From Laetmonice hystrix (taxonomy: Eukaryota): 64,000 nt of DNA. Below the pieces are notes generated by a model that did not search any database, had not been told where the DNA came from, and was given only the letters and a program-made list of their open reading frames with translations. A program made the position numbers and the translations under genes. The DNA lies in assembly GCA_965235115.1 (NCBI GenBank), contig OZ249448.1, positions 24,800,001 to 24,864,000 on the forward strand, given 5' to 3'. Each line of letters opens with the position of its first letter. The stretch's first letter is position 1. This document shows, in pieces, positions 1 through 13,287 of this stretch.

Positions 1-41
1 ATGTAGGTATAACGTATAAATCTACCCCCGCGTCTCGGTGT

Positions 42-63
42 CGCAAAATGGCGGTCACGTGAC
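42..63 (+). promoter_or_regulatory. YY1-like CAAAATGGCGG abutting E-box GTCACGTGAC in a CpG-rich patch
   Basis: Motif match only. Confidence 0.35.
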
Positions 64-173
64 CTTTGTGACAGCGTTCCCACGTCCGCAAACACGACGT
101 CGTGACCATCGGGCTCATCCACTTAACACCATTCCTACCGCTGACACGGTCTGTCACAAATCATGTCAGAAAT

Positions 174-649
174 TTGTCAAAGATTACATTGACCTCAGAC
201 ATTCGGTGGTACCCCAATATAAAAACTTGTCAAAGATTACATTAACCTCAGACATTGGGTGGTACCCCAATATAAAAACTTGTCAAAGATTACATTGACC
301 TCAGACATTGGGTGGTACCCCAATATAAAAACTTGTCAAAGATTACATTGACCTCAGACATTGGGTGGTACCCCAATATAAAAACTTGTCAAAGATTACA
401 TTGACCTCAGACATTCGGTGGTACCCCAATATAAAAACTTGTCAAAGATTACATTGACCTCAGACATTGGGTGGTACCCCAATATAAAAACTTGTCAAAG
501 ATTACATTGACCTCAGACATTCGGTGGTACCTCAATATAAAAACTTGTCAAAGATTACATTGACCTCAGACATTCGGTGGTACCCCAATATAAAAACTTG
601 TCAAAGATTACATTGACCTCAGACATTCGGTGGTACCCCAATATAAAAA
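174..649. repeat. 53-bp minisatellite, ~9 copies
   Basis: TTGTCAAAGATTACATTGACCTCAGACATT(C/G)GGTGGTACCCCAATATAAAAAC; period 181->234. Confidence 0.97.
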
Positions 650-1938
650 GGATTCCCACAATCTGACTGGGAGACCAGTGTATGTATGTGTGTGGGGGTC
701 CTTGCCCCTTACCCTGCCCAATCCCACCCATCTAGAGATGTATAACCATAGCCTACTGCCGAGCTGATCACCCACCCCTACCCGGCCTGGCCCGGCACTC
801 CTGGCCTATATAAACTAACCCCCACAGCCTGCCGCCCATACACAGGCCAAATTGACTATTAGCCCTACGTACATAGAAGAAAAAAATTACATATTGTCAA
901 GTTGGCATTTGGGGTGTGACCCACCCCATCTGACCTTATTACCCTGGCAACACCTCCTGCCTTGTCAACTGCCTCTGAAGTCATCCGGCCACATAATTTT
1001 GGCAGCCTTGGGTCACCAATGAAACCCCTTGTCGGGGGAAGGGTAGGGAGTGGGAGGGACTATCACATTGAAGCTAGGATTCATGCCATAACGTTCAGTG
1101 GGATCCACTCATCCTGTGATACCCGCACAGACCCCTGGTTTATGTGGTTTCTATGGTTACTGATCCCCGACCTCGTGTTTCTGTACCAGCTCCGCTCCGA
1201 TTGGCCTGACCCCTGGCGGCCAAGATTGACAGCCCACGTGGAGTATGCTCTACATGTAGATAGGTCAGAAAGTAAACTCGAAAGTTTCTTCAACCTCCGC
1301 ATAAGATATTTTCACGTTTTCAAGGATTCCAGGCCCAAATTCCGATTTTTCTTTAGTGACTTCCTTCACTCCACATATTGTGTGATACCAAACAACGTGA
1401 CCACTCCCAGACTCCGCCCTAGGCCTTGTGTGTCCCTCCTTCACGGTGGATAACTCGGTTGATATTCAAATTCACCATGACATTCCATTAGCCGCTTCAC
1501 GTCATCACGATTATAGCGACCTCGGCTTATTTACATACTAATTTACATATTAATGCGCCACTGAATGAATAATTCGTGACGATTATTGATCAGCGTGTCA
1601 ATGTTCTCATACCATCTCGCGTCATCCTAATCCCGCGAGTTCTCGTTAGGAGTCTCGCCGGAAGTGGTTTCCCGGGACTGTCTCCTGATATAAATCTCCC
1701 CCCTGGCCCCGATATGTCCATCCACACCTCCGGCCCAATCCGAGTCTGCCTCTTCGTGTACTTCCCACATCAATTTATCGAACAATGACTGTGGCTTACT
1801 TTCACTCACTATTAGACTTTATCTATGTAAAAGCTTCGCTTCTTTATCCTCCTTTAGGGTATTTAGTTAGGCAGTCTCAATATACATATATGTCTCCATT
1901 ATGGCATGGATGCTATCAGAAAGTCCCATCTCACATAA

Positions 1939-2307
1939 CCTACTGCTATCCTAAGATATGAATAAGCCTACTGCTATCCTAAGACATGAATAAGCCTACT
2001 GCTAACCTAAGGCATGAATAAACCTACTGCTAACCTAAGACATGAATAAGCCTACTGCTATCCTAAGACATGAATAAGCCTACTGCTAACCTAAGACATG
2101 AATAAACCTACTGCTAACCTAAGACATGAATAAGCCTACTGCTATCCTAAGACATGAATAAGCCTACTGCTAACCTAAGACATAAATAAACCTACTGCTA
2201 ACCTAAGACATGAATAAACCTACTGCTATCCTAAGACATGAATAAACCTACTGCTATCCTAAGACATGCTATCCTAAGACATGAATAAGCCTACTGCTAT
2301 CCTAAGA
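1939..2307. repeat. 28-bp minisatellite, ~13 copies
   Basis: CCTACTGCTA(T/A)CCTAAGACATGAATAA(G/A). Confidence 0.97.
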
Positions 2308-2407
2308 TTTGAACCTAACTAATACCGTTTTTATCTTAACTTCTGTTCAGCCTCTCTGAATTCACTCCTCTACATTATATTATGTCTGTTTTGGACGCTG
2401 AGTTTGC

Positions 2408-2460
2408 TACTTCCGGTCTGACGACTTGCCATGACGTCAACACCACACCAGGTGGCGCTG
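2408..2460 (+). promoter_or_regulatory. ETS (ACTTCCGG) + CRE (TGACGTCA) + CTCF-like (ACCAGGTGGCGCTG) cluster
   Basis: Three consensus motifs within 55 bp. Confidence 0.35.
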
Positions 2461-4070
2461 TCTTTACGTTGCTTGGTGCCGTTTGTTTCAAGTATGAAAT
2501 GATTCAGTAATCCGTACGTTTCACAATCCGAACAATGGGCACCAAGCTGTTCGGATAAACGAGTCTATATCTATCTCACTTTCAGTTAAACACTCTGAAT
2601 GGTTGAGAAAAACGTTTAAACTCATGATGTGATGGGAGTTGGTCGACTAGACAGAGAGTAAAGCTCTGGTATAAACCTTTAAATCCTTCTACAGGATCGG
2701 ATTCCTTAGATTGTCAAGGATACAGACATTTCCAGAGAAATTATGAGGAGGGAAAAATCAATTGTAGAATCTTTCCATTCAACGAGCTCTGCCAGGTCTA
2801 GACATGTCTTAAAGAGAATACAGGGCAGGGATGAGGGGCTTAGAAGTTGGCATGTCCCTCAACGGCAGTCGACTGATGCCTCAAGAGATTAATAAAACAC
2901 ATTGAAGTACTCGAATTGATCAGGGACTTGAGAAAATTGGTGTCTGAAGTAGCGGTTATTAACGGCGTTAGACGTGCGAATGAATTCCGTGGTTCAGGGC
3001 CACATAGAGATAGCCAACAACATTCGTGGGGCTGGCCCAAAGGGGGCAGTACGAATGGGGGGAGGGGGAGGGGGAGGGTATACAATCCGATATATAAACG
3101 GACGTCTGCTAGAGGAGATAGATTGAGAGTCAGATATAAAACAGTTGAAAATGTACATGGCAATGGAAACATCCCTACCGAGTAACAGATAATTCGCTTT
3201 CCGTTTTTCTCTTCAACTGCATGTTCTTTTTACGAATACAAACTACAGATATACGCCCACGTCCGTAAGTACATGGAACGGTCCTTCTATGGCAATCCCA
3301 AGTTAGCTACTTGCACACAACTCATCCTAGAGACAATCGAAAACAAATGTAAATGTAAAACTTTGAAATGAACATATTGTACAATTACTGAAATCTCTTT
3401 ATACTACAGGGATTCCGTCCGATGTCTTTCTCCGCCCTCATCCTCAGCTTCTAAAGTTGAACCAAATCCTTGTTTTTGCCCTTGCCCGTGATGATAGATG
3501 TACTTGAGCCCATCCCCCAGCGATCATGAATGTTTAATTCATTGTGCCACTGCACAACTCGCTCAATCATCCGGGTATCGACAGTCGTGGGGATAATCTA
3601 ATAAGTCGGAGGTATCTTTAGAGTTAATTACCTCTCGAGCACTCCCAGACACTGGTCCTGTGTTCACACCCAGCCTGTTCGATCCTGTATGCAGCCCTAG
3701 CGCCCCCTGGTGCCCGCCTCCATCATTAAGACGCTGAGATCCCCCACGGACCACAAATTGAGCTAATTGTCTGTCTGAATGCTACGTATGGAGTGTTAAC
3801 ATAGGAAAACAATATTTCGGTTACTCAATCCACGCTGAGCTGAATCTTAGCTCGTCTGGTTGTTAAACGTTATCAAACTGCTCTCACACTGAGCAGGGGT
3901 TAAATGAGTCACCCCAGGGTGTATCAACCATACCCTAGGGGTTCATACCTCCCACACAGTCCTGGTGGATCGGGCTAATTACTCCGGAAACGTCACAGAG
4001 TATGATATATCAAAACATAAAGAGGCTTTTAACGAACTTTGATTACAATAGTCATTGTAACAAAACCGAC

Positions 4071-4610
4071 CAGTGAGGGTTATGTATGTACATTGTTTTA
4101 GTACCAATGGTCAGTGAGGGTTAGGTATGTACATTGTTTTAGTACCAATGGTCAGTGAGGGTTATATATGTACATTGTTTTAGTACCAATGGTCAGTGAG
4201 GGTTATGTATGTGCATTGTTTTAGTACCAATGATCAGTGAGGGTTATGTATGTACATTGTTTTAGTACCAATGGTCAGTGAGGGTTATATATGTACATTG
4301 TTTTAGTACCAATGATCAGTGAGGGTTATGTATGTACATTGTTTTAGTACCAATGATCAGTGAGGGTTATGTATGTACATTGTTTTAGTACCACTGATCA
4401 GTGAGGGTTATGTATGTACATTGTTTTAGTACCAATGATCAGTGAGGGTTATGTATGTACATTGTTGTAGTACCAATGATCAGTGAGGGTTATGCACGTA
4501 CATTGTTTTAGTACCAATGATCAGTGAGGGTTATGTATGTACATTGTTTTAGTACCAATGATCAGTGAGGGTTATATATGTACATTGTTTTAGTACCAAT
4601 GATCAGTGAG
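4071..4610. repeat. 41-bp minisatellite, ~13 copies
   Basis: CAGTGAGGGTTATGTATGTACATTGTTTTAGTACCAATG(G/A)T. Confidence 0.97.
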
Positions 4611-5552
4611 ATATGCATGTACAACCGCTATCACCCATACCACCAGGGCACAGACATGGGAATCATTTCAGATATAAAACTTCTCCAGACGGACCCTGGC
4701 GTCACCTTTATCTCAGACGAGCTATAGACCAGATGTAATCCTCGGTCGAACTTCTGAAGAGACTGTTTGGATAAAAGTCCCCGGATACAAACACGTTTAT
4801 AACTCGAAAGGTAGAACTCACTTTAACTTCCACAAAAAGATATAAATTACCCTAATTAGCTAAAGATTCTCATGCACCGCACAGGTTAGATAAATATGAA
4901 GCAGTATGGGGTGTGTGTTCTGGGACCCTCTCACAGCCTGGGGGGGGGGGGGGCTCGGGCCCATTGGTGGAGAACCAGGATAAATAATGCAGGGGTCCCT
5001 GTGCAGATTCTGGAGTCCCAGTGGCTCTGCCTCAGTCGGCCGTGCCCAGGGGGCAGCGTGCCCCACCTGGCGGCGCCCTGGCACAGCGCTGACAAGTCTC
5101 TAATTGGTGGGAGAGAAAGACAAATAGGGCTGAGGTCTGCGGATGATGAGGGCCACTGTCTGAGGGTACCACTACAGATTATAACCGTCTTCCTCGCCAG
5201 CCACAAGTCAAACCTAACCTTTCTATGGAGACTGTTGTTACCCTTCTTCTCTTTTAGAATATCGTGTAGATTCCGGAGGTAGAGGCCTTTCAAACGTTCA
5301 AGCTGATCTCAGTTCTTTACCACCCCGGGTTATCATACAGAGGTTGAAGAGCTGCGCCCAAGTTACCTGAGGTTTGGTAGAGTAGAGTGGACTGAATAGG
5401 TTTACTGATGTTGATGGTAGTCGACCACTTACCGCTACCCCTCTGTCATGTGAAATCACTCACCTGCAACAACGAAACATTCTGTTAACATTCATGATCT
5501 TAAAAAGGGAGCGAAGATCGCGCAATTTCTCATTTCTACCTAAACATCCCAG

Positions 5553-5702
5553 ATAACTTTTATGGCGGGTAAAACCAGTAGATTATCAGGAGAAAAGAAC
5601 TTAAGAAAACATGTCAAGTGGATGAAGAATGTCTGTAAACTTGTAAAAGCTGCTGATGTCCAGTTAAGGAGTGCACAGGTCACAGGTCAGCCCTGGGTAC
5701 CG
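5553..5702 (+). CDS. Putative coding exon (phase 0-0) ITFMAGKTSRLSGEKNLRKHVKWMKNVCKLVKAADVQLRSAQVTGQPWVP of an uncharacterised gene
   Basis: catcccag| acceptor, cg|gtaagt donor; 150 nt; only one frame open. Confidence 0.55.
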
Positions 5703-6249
5703 GTAAGTTGTATATTTATGAGGATGTAGTTAGCCTATCTACACACACCAGACCGTGTTCACACAACAAAGCCCGCCCGTCGATGTGCACCGTACCAGTC
5801 GCCCTGTAAACGTTACAAGTCGACCAGACCAGACTAATCGAGTTTATCCCGTACACTTACACAGATATCTAATATTGACTGTCCACGGTCGGACGGTGGT
5901 AAGCCAGTCCGTCTGTTGATACACACTGATCCCCGCCCTGATCTCATTGCTGGTCAAACTATCGCTTACCTGACCAACAGGGACCTTAACTATCGCTTAC
6001 CTGACCAACAGGGACCTTAACCCCAGTGTGTTTATCACAAAAACACAATCCTACAGTTATTTAAATCCGTCAGACTGTGTGCAGAGACTGCACGACTGAC
6101 CGGTGGCTGGAGGCCCACCTATCCTGGACAGCAGCTCCGGGAATAACAGATCATCTTATTATAATCAGAATTTCTTTTAAACAATCGGATCCTTTACACA
6201 AAAATAGTGAGAACAATGATTTGATCACTGCAATCTAGCGCTGTTCTTT

Positions 6250-6510
6250 GAGTGAGTGAGTGAGTGAGTGAGTGGGTGAGTGACTGAGTGTGTGGGGGAG
6301 TGAGTGAGTGAGTGAGTGAGTGGGGGAGTGAGTGTGTGGGGGAGTGAGTGTGTGGGGGAGTGAGTGAGTGAGTGAGTGAGTGAGTGTGTGGGGGAGTGTG
6401 TGAGTGAGTGAGTGAGTGAGTGAGTGAGTGTGTGGGGGAGTGAGTGAGTGAGTGGGGGAGTGGGTGAGTGTGTGAGTGAGTGAGTGAGTGAGTGAGTGGG
6501 TGTGTGAGTG
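6250..6510. repeat. (GTGA)n compound microsatellite running into a gap
   Basis: GAGT/GTGG/GGGG variants. Confidence 0.95.
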
Positions 6511-6771
6511 NNNNNNNNNNNNNNNNNNNNNNNNNNNNNNNNNNNNNNNNNNNNNNNNNNNNNNNNNNNNNNNNNNNNNNNNNNNNNNNNNNNNNNNNNN
6601 NNNNNNNNNNNNNNNNNNNNNNNNNNNNNNNNNNNNNNNNNNNNNNNNNNNNNNNNNNNNNNNNNNNNNNNNNNNNNNNNNNNNNNNNNNNNNNNNNNNN
6701 NNNNNNNNNNNNNNNNNNNNNNNNNNNNNNNNNNNNNNNNNNNNNNNNNNNNNNNNNNNNNNNNNNNNNNN
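6511..6771. other. Assembly gap (261 N)
   Basis: N run. Confidence 1.
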
Positions 6772-7529
6772 GTTTCGCCGTGTCGGTAATGAAAACAACG
6801 CTAGAATATTACACAGTAAAAGAGACTTATTTTGTCCAGAGTCCCTTACGAAATTACTGAACTCTTTGTTTTCAGCTAATCATAAGATAAATCAGGGAAA
6901 CGCCACCACAGCCTGATGTGTTCCCTCCCATCCACGATGGCCACCACAACCCGGAGCAGACGGAAGGCCGCAGGGCAGTGTTTAAACGGGTGTCGCCAGG
7001 GGGCGGGGTCCAGTGTTTGACCGCCAGGGGGCGGGGTCCAGTGTTTGACCAGCAAACAGTGGCCGGCAGCAGCAGGTGGCGTGTTAGTTCTCTGAGTGGA
7101 CACTGGCGGCAGCACCCGTCCTGTGTGCGCTCGATGTTGAGAGGATTTCAAGTGGGTGCGGGGCAGGTCCTGGCAGGTCCTGGCAGGTCGGCAGGTTTTA
7201 TGACCTCATTGGGTCGAACCTAAACCCGTCTACGATCTACTCGTACTCACACGGTGCTGCCATCTAGCGACCACTGTGCTACACTTGGTTCCAACACTAA
7301 CATGTATTTATTGTTTTATATTCCATCGTATGATTGCAAATATCTACAGACTCCTGATGTCCAGCTCACCTTGGACTCCTTGTTGTGACTGATTACATTT
7401 ATTACTACAGTTATTAAGAAATTCCGCCCCACGGGGAAGTCTATTATTACCAGTTTTCAATAAGTAATAACTGTGTTCAGACAAAAACTTTTAATGGTCA
7501 TATTAGGTGTGGGCGAACCTTGGGGTCAA

Positions 7530-7619
7530 GGTGTGGTTGATCTACTGGATGAGACAGGTGTGGGTGATCTCCTGGAGGAGACAGGTGTGGGTGATCTCCT
7601 GGAGGAGACAGGTGTGGGT
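7530..7619. repeat. 27-bp tandem, ~3 copies
   Basis: GAGACAGGTGTGGGTGATCTCCTGGAG. Confidence 0.85.
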
Positions 7620-7707
7620 ATAGATGGGGTATAATCTCACGCCCTTCCCGTGGACCCCACCCAGCAGTAAGACTCACACTGAGCACAATGAGAAACTTCT
7701 CGTCCAG

Positions 7708-7796
7708 GTCTCATTGTGTCGGCGTTTACATACGATATGTCACCGGCGTTGTGACCCGATGGCCATGAAAAGGGTGCAGGTGGTGGCCGGATACAA
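7708..7796 (+). CDS. Putative exon (phase 0-2) VSLCRRLHTICHRRCDPMAMKRVQVVAGY
   Basis: cttctcgtccag| and aa|gtgagt; only frame 0 open; phase-compatible with 5702. Confidence 0.5.
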
Positions 7797-8186
7797 GTGA
7801 GTGCGACTGGAACCCGTTTAATCCCCTGATCTGTAACCCAACCCTGGCGGGCGGTGTGAACACCAAACATTGGCTTATCGTGTATCGTTCCGACGCCAGG
7901 TGTCGTTTTTCACAGCCATTCTCGGATAAATCGAACAATGACGATGTAGCCAAATCAGTGAGAATGTACCGTACACTATAATAGAAGGCAGAAAACGTCT
8001 ACAAGTCAATGTGTTCACGTGTAGGCCTATGTACAAACAACCCGAGGATCTCACTGAGGATTTACAGGGGGAGACGTACTTCTCGCATTAAAATCCTGAG
8101 AACGCTATTAGACTCACCCCGATACAGGTCAATGATGACCTCTAACCTTTACGTGTGAACAGTAGTGTGAGGTGATACATTTTCAG

Positions 8187-8229
8187 GTGTAGTAAATCGG
8201 TCAAGTCCCTTGTCGGAGGGACCCTGAAG
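8187..8229 (+). CDS. Putative exon (phase 2-0) CSKSVKSLVGGTLK
   Basis: acattttcag| and aag|gtgagt; the only open frame is the one required by the previous exon. Confidence 0.5.
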
Positions 8230-8550
8230 GTGAGTGAAGAGGCCTGTTCAGAGTGGCCAGCGGAGAATTTACAACACTCCAACCACGATAAAGGCCGCCA
8301 CGGCTGGCGATCAACAGGTACCGAGAGTGTTAGGTTGGCGACATGAAGTCTTCACCTTGCGAACCTTGGGGTCAAATCGGGCACTGTGTGATCCCTTCAC
8401 CCTAACCCCCACCCGCGGGGGTGGGGAGGGGGTGAACCGACAAACCCTGCATGAGCCCACCATTTAGAGTGCAACAAATCAATAACTGCGAGTCTCAATA
8501 AATGTTACTTTATGGCACACCTGTCGTACAACCTCAGTTGCCGGTCCATA

Positions 8551-8826
8551 ATGGTCAAACTATCTCCATCCAAGGTCAGACCGTCTTCTGTCAATAGCAC
8601 GGTCAAACTATCTCCATCCAAGGTCAGACCGTCTTCTGTCAATTGCACGGTCAAATTATCTCCATCCAAGGTTAAACCGTCTTCAGGCAATTGCACGGTC
8701 AAATCATCTCCATCCAAGGTCAGACCGTCTTCAGTCAATTGCACGGTCAAATTATCTCCATCCAAGGTCAGACCGTCTTCAGTCAATTGCACGGTCAAAT
8801 TATCTCCATCCAAGGTCAGACCGTCT
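8551..8826. repeat. 48-bp minisatellite, ~6 copies
   Basis: GGTCAAATTATCTCCATCCAAGGTCAGACCGTCTTCAGTCAATTGCAC; explains ORFs 8505-8829. Confidence 0.95.
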
Positions 8827-9198
8827 TAAGGTACAATCAAACAGACTCACGCCATCCTGTATCTATCGCTGCAATCCTCTAACAGAAAACAAACTTGCAT
8901 ACGACCGAATCTGAGCTAACACAAACACTGCCCTTTCCGGAATTTTAATATAAGGAAAAAAACCGACCACGTTTCCATGGTGACTTTCAGAAAGACAGGA
9001 AAATATCTCAGGAGAGGAGAACTCTTTGCCAGTGTAAAAATAAATGAATACACTGAGGAGTTTTCTAACAGACCACCAAGGGAAGACACTACCATTGATA
9101 AACAACTACTCTTGACATTTGGATCCCTCAAGTTCTGCCGCATCATTTGCTGTCATTTTTTCCGTTTCCGAATTGATTTGTCCCGAGGCGGACATCTC

Positions 9199-9523
9199 CT
9201 CTTACACCTCGCCGTATTTCCGTACTCCTACAAACATTACACAACCATCACCAGCTGCAGCCAAACCTGAACCTCCCGTCCTCTTACACCTCGCCGTATT
9301 TCTGTATTCCTACAAACATTACACAACCATCACCGGCTGCAGCCAAACCTAAACCTCCCGTCCTCTTACACCTCGCCGTATTTCTGTACTCCTACAAACA
9401 TTACACAACCATCACCAGCTGCAGCCAAACCTGAACCTCCCGTCCTCTTACACCCCGCCGTATTTCCGTACTCCTACAAACATTACACAACCATCACCAG
9501 CTGCAGCCAAATCTGAACCTCCA
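9199..9523. repeat. 82-bp minisatellite, 4 copies
   Basis: Starts at 9199, 9281, 9363, 9445. Confidence 0.95.
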
Positions 9524-9981
9524 GTCCCGGCAGGCAAAGCGCGACGGCGGTCGGTCAGAGAACTAATAGCAGGCGGACGGACACTGGGCGAGGGTCCACC
9601 ATATTGATTCAGACCACGGAACAAACCCTTTACACAGCATCCCTCCCACCCCGCCCCCTCCCACCCCCAGCCTCCCACCCCCAGCCTCCCACCACTGGTG
9701 CGGACCATTTCTCTGTCGTCTGCCACTATTTGACAATATGGACGTCACGAGGTTGACGGATGTTCTCTCAGGTGACCTCTGACCCGTAAATGGGGCGGCA
9801 GAGGTTTCCGTCTGGAAGTGGTTGATGTCGATCCAGTGCCTGGTAAATTATGGCTGACACAGGTAGTCCACAGTCAGATAGCTCGATCTCTGTGTAGACC
9901 AGATATATGGCCTGGCCAGACACACTAACAGACCGGCCGAAATCTAATCACTGATGGAGTTGTAACTTACCCTGTGGACAG

Positions 9982-10062
9982 GTGAAAATGACCGTCAACA
10001 AGCAAACATCCAAAGCCCTGTTTTGTACAGAGCTTGATACACAGTCTATATTCACAAGCCTG
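9982..10062 (+). CDS. Putative exon (phase 0-0) VKMTVNKQTSKALFCTELDTQSIFTSL
   Basis: ccctgtggacag| and ctg|gtaata; only frame 0 open. Confidence 0.5.
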
Positions 10063-10423
10063 GTAATATATGGAACATTTTTAAACTGTTTTATCTCCTA
10101 CATGACAGCCTACACAGTAGCTACTGTAGTACATACGGGTGGCAACTGAGCTCACGTTACTCCATAGTTGAAAGTAATAGTTAAGTTATGTAACGGCGTA
10201 CCATAGTCATACTGAGGGCGCCGAGGTTATCGACGACTCTCGTCTATCCTCACGCGAGAATCACATGATCTGGTTTCCTCTATTATCGCTCATACGGTTG
10301 TTTAGGGTTTCGTCCCATATCCTTATATACATTGTAAATACTTTAAAGGTATCATTAGAGGTTCTGGTACGGTGGAGGATATATTTAAAAACTCACTGAG
10401 ATGCTTATGGTGAACAATTTCAG

Positions 10424-10507
10424 TTTGAGAGACTAGACGGGGCATTATCCTCTCGACGTTTCAGGAACGTTATAATATATGACTACGACGTTTTTATGAC
10501 GTTTCGT
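10424..10507 (+). CDS. Putative exon (phase 0-0) FERLDGALSSRRFRNVIIYDYDVFMTFR
   Basis: aacaatttcag| and cgt|gtgagc; only frame 0 open. Confidence 0.5.
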
Positions 10508-10657
10508 GTGAGCCAGATCATTATGTAGTGAAAACCCCGGCTGACAAATGCCCCAGCGTGGCCCTGCAGCAATTATCATAATGGATCTAGGCGACCACAC
10601 TCAATAAACGCCTCTAATTGCCGGCTGGGCGCTTGTTCTGAATGACAACACAGACAG

Positions 10658-10776
10658 GTTTTTATATGGTCATTACAACTGCCACATGACTGCGAGGGCA
10701 CTGTTGTTTACGGAGAAGTAGCAAAAAATGGCGACTTTTGCACGTGTGGATTACAAACTGTCTTGCCCTCAGCTCA
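10658..10776 (+). CDS. Tentative exon (phase 0-2) VFIWSLQLPHDCEGTVVYGEVAKNGDFCTCGLQTVLPSA
   Basis: Weak acceptor, ca|gtgaat donor; bridges the phases between 10507 and 12841. Confidence 0.3.
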
Positions 10777-11174
10777 GTGAATGTCAGCGCGTTTTTTCGG
10801 TTGGTGGGATGATTTGATTGTGTGTACTCAAACAGTTGTGTGTGTGTTTTTGTGTGTGTATCTATCCTCCACTGAACGCTTTGATTTAAACAAGCCATGA
10901 CGAGATATACGTCACAAAACGAGCCTCGATCTGAACCCCGGTCACGTGACGTTACTGACCTGTCGTGTTCTATGATTTCTCACGACCCGTCACCGTCTAA
11001 AGCGTACCAGTTGTGAGTTTGAGCAGAGCATTCTAACTTAATCTCCAAAAAGACACAACAATTCATCTTTTAGACCTTTTTAAAACAAAATTCTATCAGT
11101 ATACTTCCCAGCGCTCGAATCAGTATTCGAAAGAGCTGACTGTGAATTTTTGAGTTTCTAACAATCAGACGGAA

Positions 11175-11324
11175 CCTGCCTACAAACAACCCAGACGTCA
11201 ACCCATACATGCCAACGGTTCGTTACCTGTCTACAAACAACCCAGACATCAACCCATACATCCCAACGGTTCGTTACCTGCCTACAAACAACCCAGACAT
11301 CAATCCTACATCCCAACGGTTCGG
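11175..11324. repeat. 51-bp tandem, 3 copies
   Basis: CCTACAAACAACCCAGACATCAACCCATACATCCCAACGGTTCGTTACCTG. Confidence 0.9.
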
Positions 11325-11390
11325 AGCCTGGAGACAGAGTCCTCACTACACAACTTATGACCTTCTACATCTATGATGACCTCTATTCAA

Positions 11391-11938
11391 CCCTGTGTAC
11401 ACTGCGCACGGTCCCCTGGCCTCCCAGGCCTGGTTAGACTAGAGAAACCCCCACTCCCTATGTACACTGGGCACGGTCCCCTGGCCTCCCAGGCCTGGTT
11501 AGACTAGAGAAACCCCCACTCCCTATGTACACTGGGCACGGTCCCCTGGCCTCCCAGGCCTGGTTAGACTAGAGAAACCCCCACTCCCTATGTACACTGG
11601 GCACGGTCCCTGGCCTCCCAGGCCTGGTTAGACTAGAGAAACCCCCACCCCCTATGTACACTGGGCACGGTCCCCTGGCCTCCCAGGCCTGGTTAGACTA
11701 GAGAAACCCTCACTCCCTATGTACACTGGGCACGGTCCCCTGGCATCCCAGGCCTGGTTAGACTAGAGAAACCCCCACTCCCTATGTACACTGGGCACGG
11801 TCCCCTGGCCTCCCAGGCCTCGTTAGACTAGAGAAACCCCCACTCTCTATGTACACTGCGCACGGTCCCCTGGCCTCCCAGGCATGGTTAGACTAGAGAA
11901 ACCCCCACCCCCTATGTACACTGGGCACGGTCCCCTGG
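11391..11938. repeat. 65-bp minisatellite, ~8.5 copies
   Basis: TATGTACACTGGGCACGGTCCCCTGGCCTCCCAGGCCTGGTTAGACTAGAGAAACCCCCACTCCC. Confidence 0.97.
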
Positions 11939-12840
11939 TATCACAGGCCAAACCTAATTCAGCAAGGATAGATGAGTTGGCACAGAGTTGGCCACTTTCC
12001 TTCAACTGTCCTTCAGTAGGTTAATCTGCCCATCATGTTTGCAGGACCCGCCACTAGGTGGCAGGCCGCACGTCTCGTCCTTCCCTGAGACCGTTCCGTA
12101 GTAATGTGTTACGTAATTTACGGGCGAACGTTTGCAGTTCCGTCTATTGTTCAAGTGGCAAGGTGACGGGACGCTGAAGGCGATAGGATTTTGATCTACT
12201 CCCTTCTGCACCCAGTCTTCCAATTGGCAAGAAAAGACCAGCGAATTCTCAATGAATTCTCAATGGTCTGCAGGGCAGTGGCCTGACAGCAAGATGACTG
12301 GGTCAGCACTTCCAGCCCCAGTGTCACAAGTCAGCAGGCTGGTCGAATAGTGCCGTAGAAGGACTTCCCTTTTCGTAACGCTATGATGTGGAAGTGATCC
12401 AGCCGTGGGGGATTCTATATATTCTTACCGTGACGTCACGGCAGTTCACCGACTTGAGCCCAGCCAGTCATAGCTGTATGGACATGATAGTGATACGAGT
12501 GTCATGTCATTCAATGAGGCCTCGTTTAATTCAATACATTCAGTGATCACCAATTATGTTCAGTTCAATGACAAGAAAATAGCTCAACCCGTCGGAGGCC
12601 ATCAGTTAGCCCACAGTTTGTACTTATGGCAGTCAAACTGACCAATGATCATATGACAGCCTTCCGTGTATAGGCAGGGGGCGGGGGGGGGGGGGGCAAT
12701 CAGCGTCACTGCATCACGCAGCGTCTGTCTGACCTAGTTTTGTAGGACAGGGTAAAGAGCACCCCTGACTGCTCGATAATATTTGATCACTGCTCGTCGA
12801 GAAAAGCAGTGTTTCTGAATATCGGACTATTTTACCACAG

Positions 12841-12889
12841 ATTGTCCACAACTAACAAAGAAAGACGTTTAAGAGTGCTACTACTTGAG
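12841..12889 (+). CDS. Putative exon (phase 2-0) LSTTNKERRLRVLLLE
   Basis: ctattttaccacag| and gag|gtatgc; one frame open. Confidence 0.45.
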
Positions 12890-13245
12890 GTATGCACACG
12901 GCCCGAAGTGATTATATCGTTATTTTGGCCTCAATGGGTCGTTTTGATCGATAATGACATAATTTGTCTCCAGCCTGAGGGGCTGAGCGCCTGGTACCAG
13001 TAGCGCCCTCTTCCGACGTGGTGGCGAACCATTTATCAAACAAATTCGTACGGAAAGCGGTCAACTTCCTATTATGTCTCATATCGAGCAATTATGATAA
13101 ATTGATGCTTTCTCATCATTCAGTATACACAGTGTCCAGTAAACAAGCAGGGAAGTCAGGCAATGTCTGTTTTATCTATGAAATCTATCCATCCACGCTC
13201 TGACGATGGTCTTGATTACAATTGAAAATTCCCCTGTACTTAAAG

Positions 13246-13287
13246 CACGCCGATCTGCCACCCGCATTTCTCTGTCAATCCAAGAAT
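13246..13287 (+). CDS. Putative exon (phase 0-0) HADLPPAFLCQSKN
   Basis: cccctgtacttaaag| and aat|gtaagt; all frames open, so the phase is ambiguous. Confidence 0.35.

Noticed and set aside
962-1453. 163-aa unique plus-strand ORF
   Set aside because: TTG start, no recognisable domain, no convincing splice sites
3460-3520. Smr-like IITGKG on the minus strand
   Set aside because: In-frame stop seven codons later; isolated hexapeptide
5464-5540. Minus-strand exon-like segment RNEKLRDLRSLFKIMNVNRMFRCC with a GTGAGT donor (similar case at 8852-8879)
   Set aside because: Could not be chained in phase with neighbours; recorded because it shows exon-like segments arise on both strands and limits confidence in the plus-strand model
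6235-6916. ORFs spanning N runs (also 22944-23309 and 43144-43377)
   Set aside because: Artefacts of assembly gaps
12002-12223. Kunitz-like CGLPPSGGSC in a minus ORF
   Set aside because: The remaining Kunitz cysteines and aromatics are absent and there is no splice support
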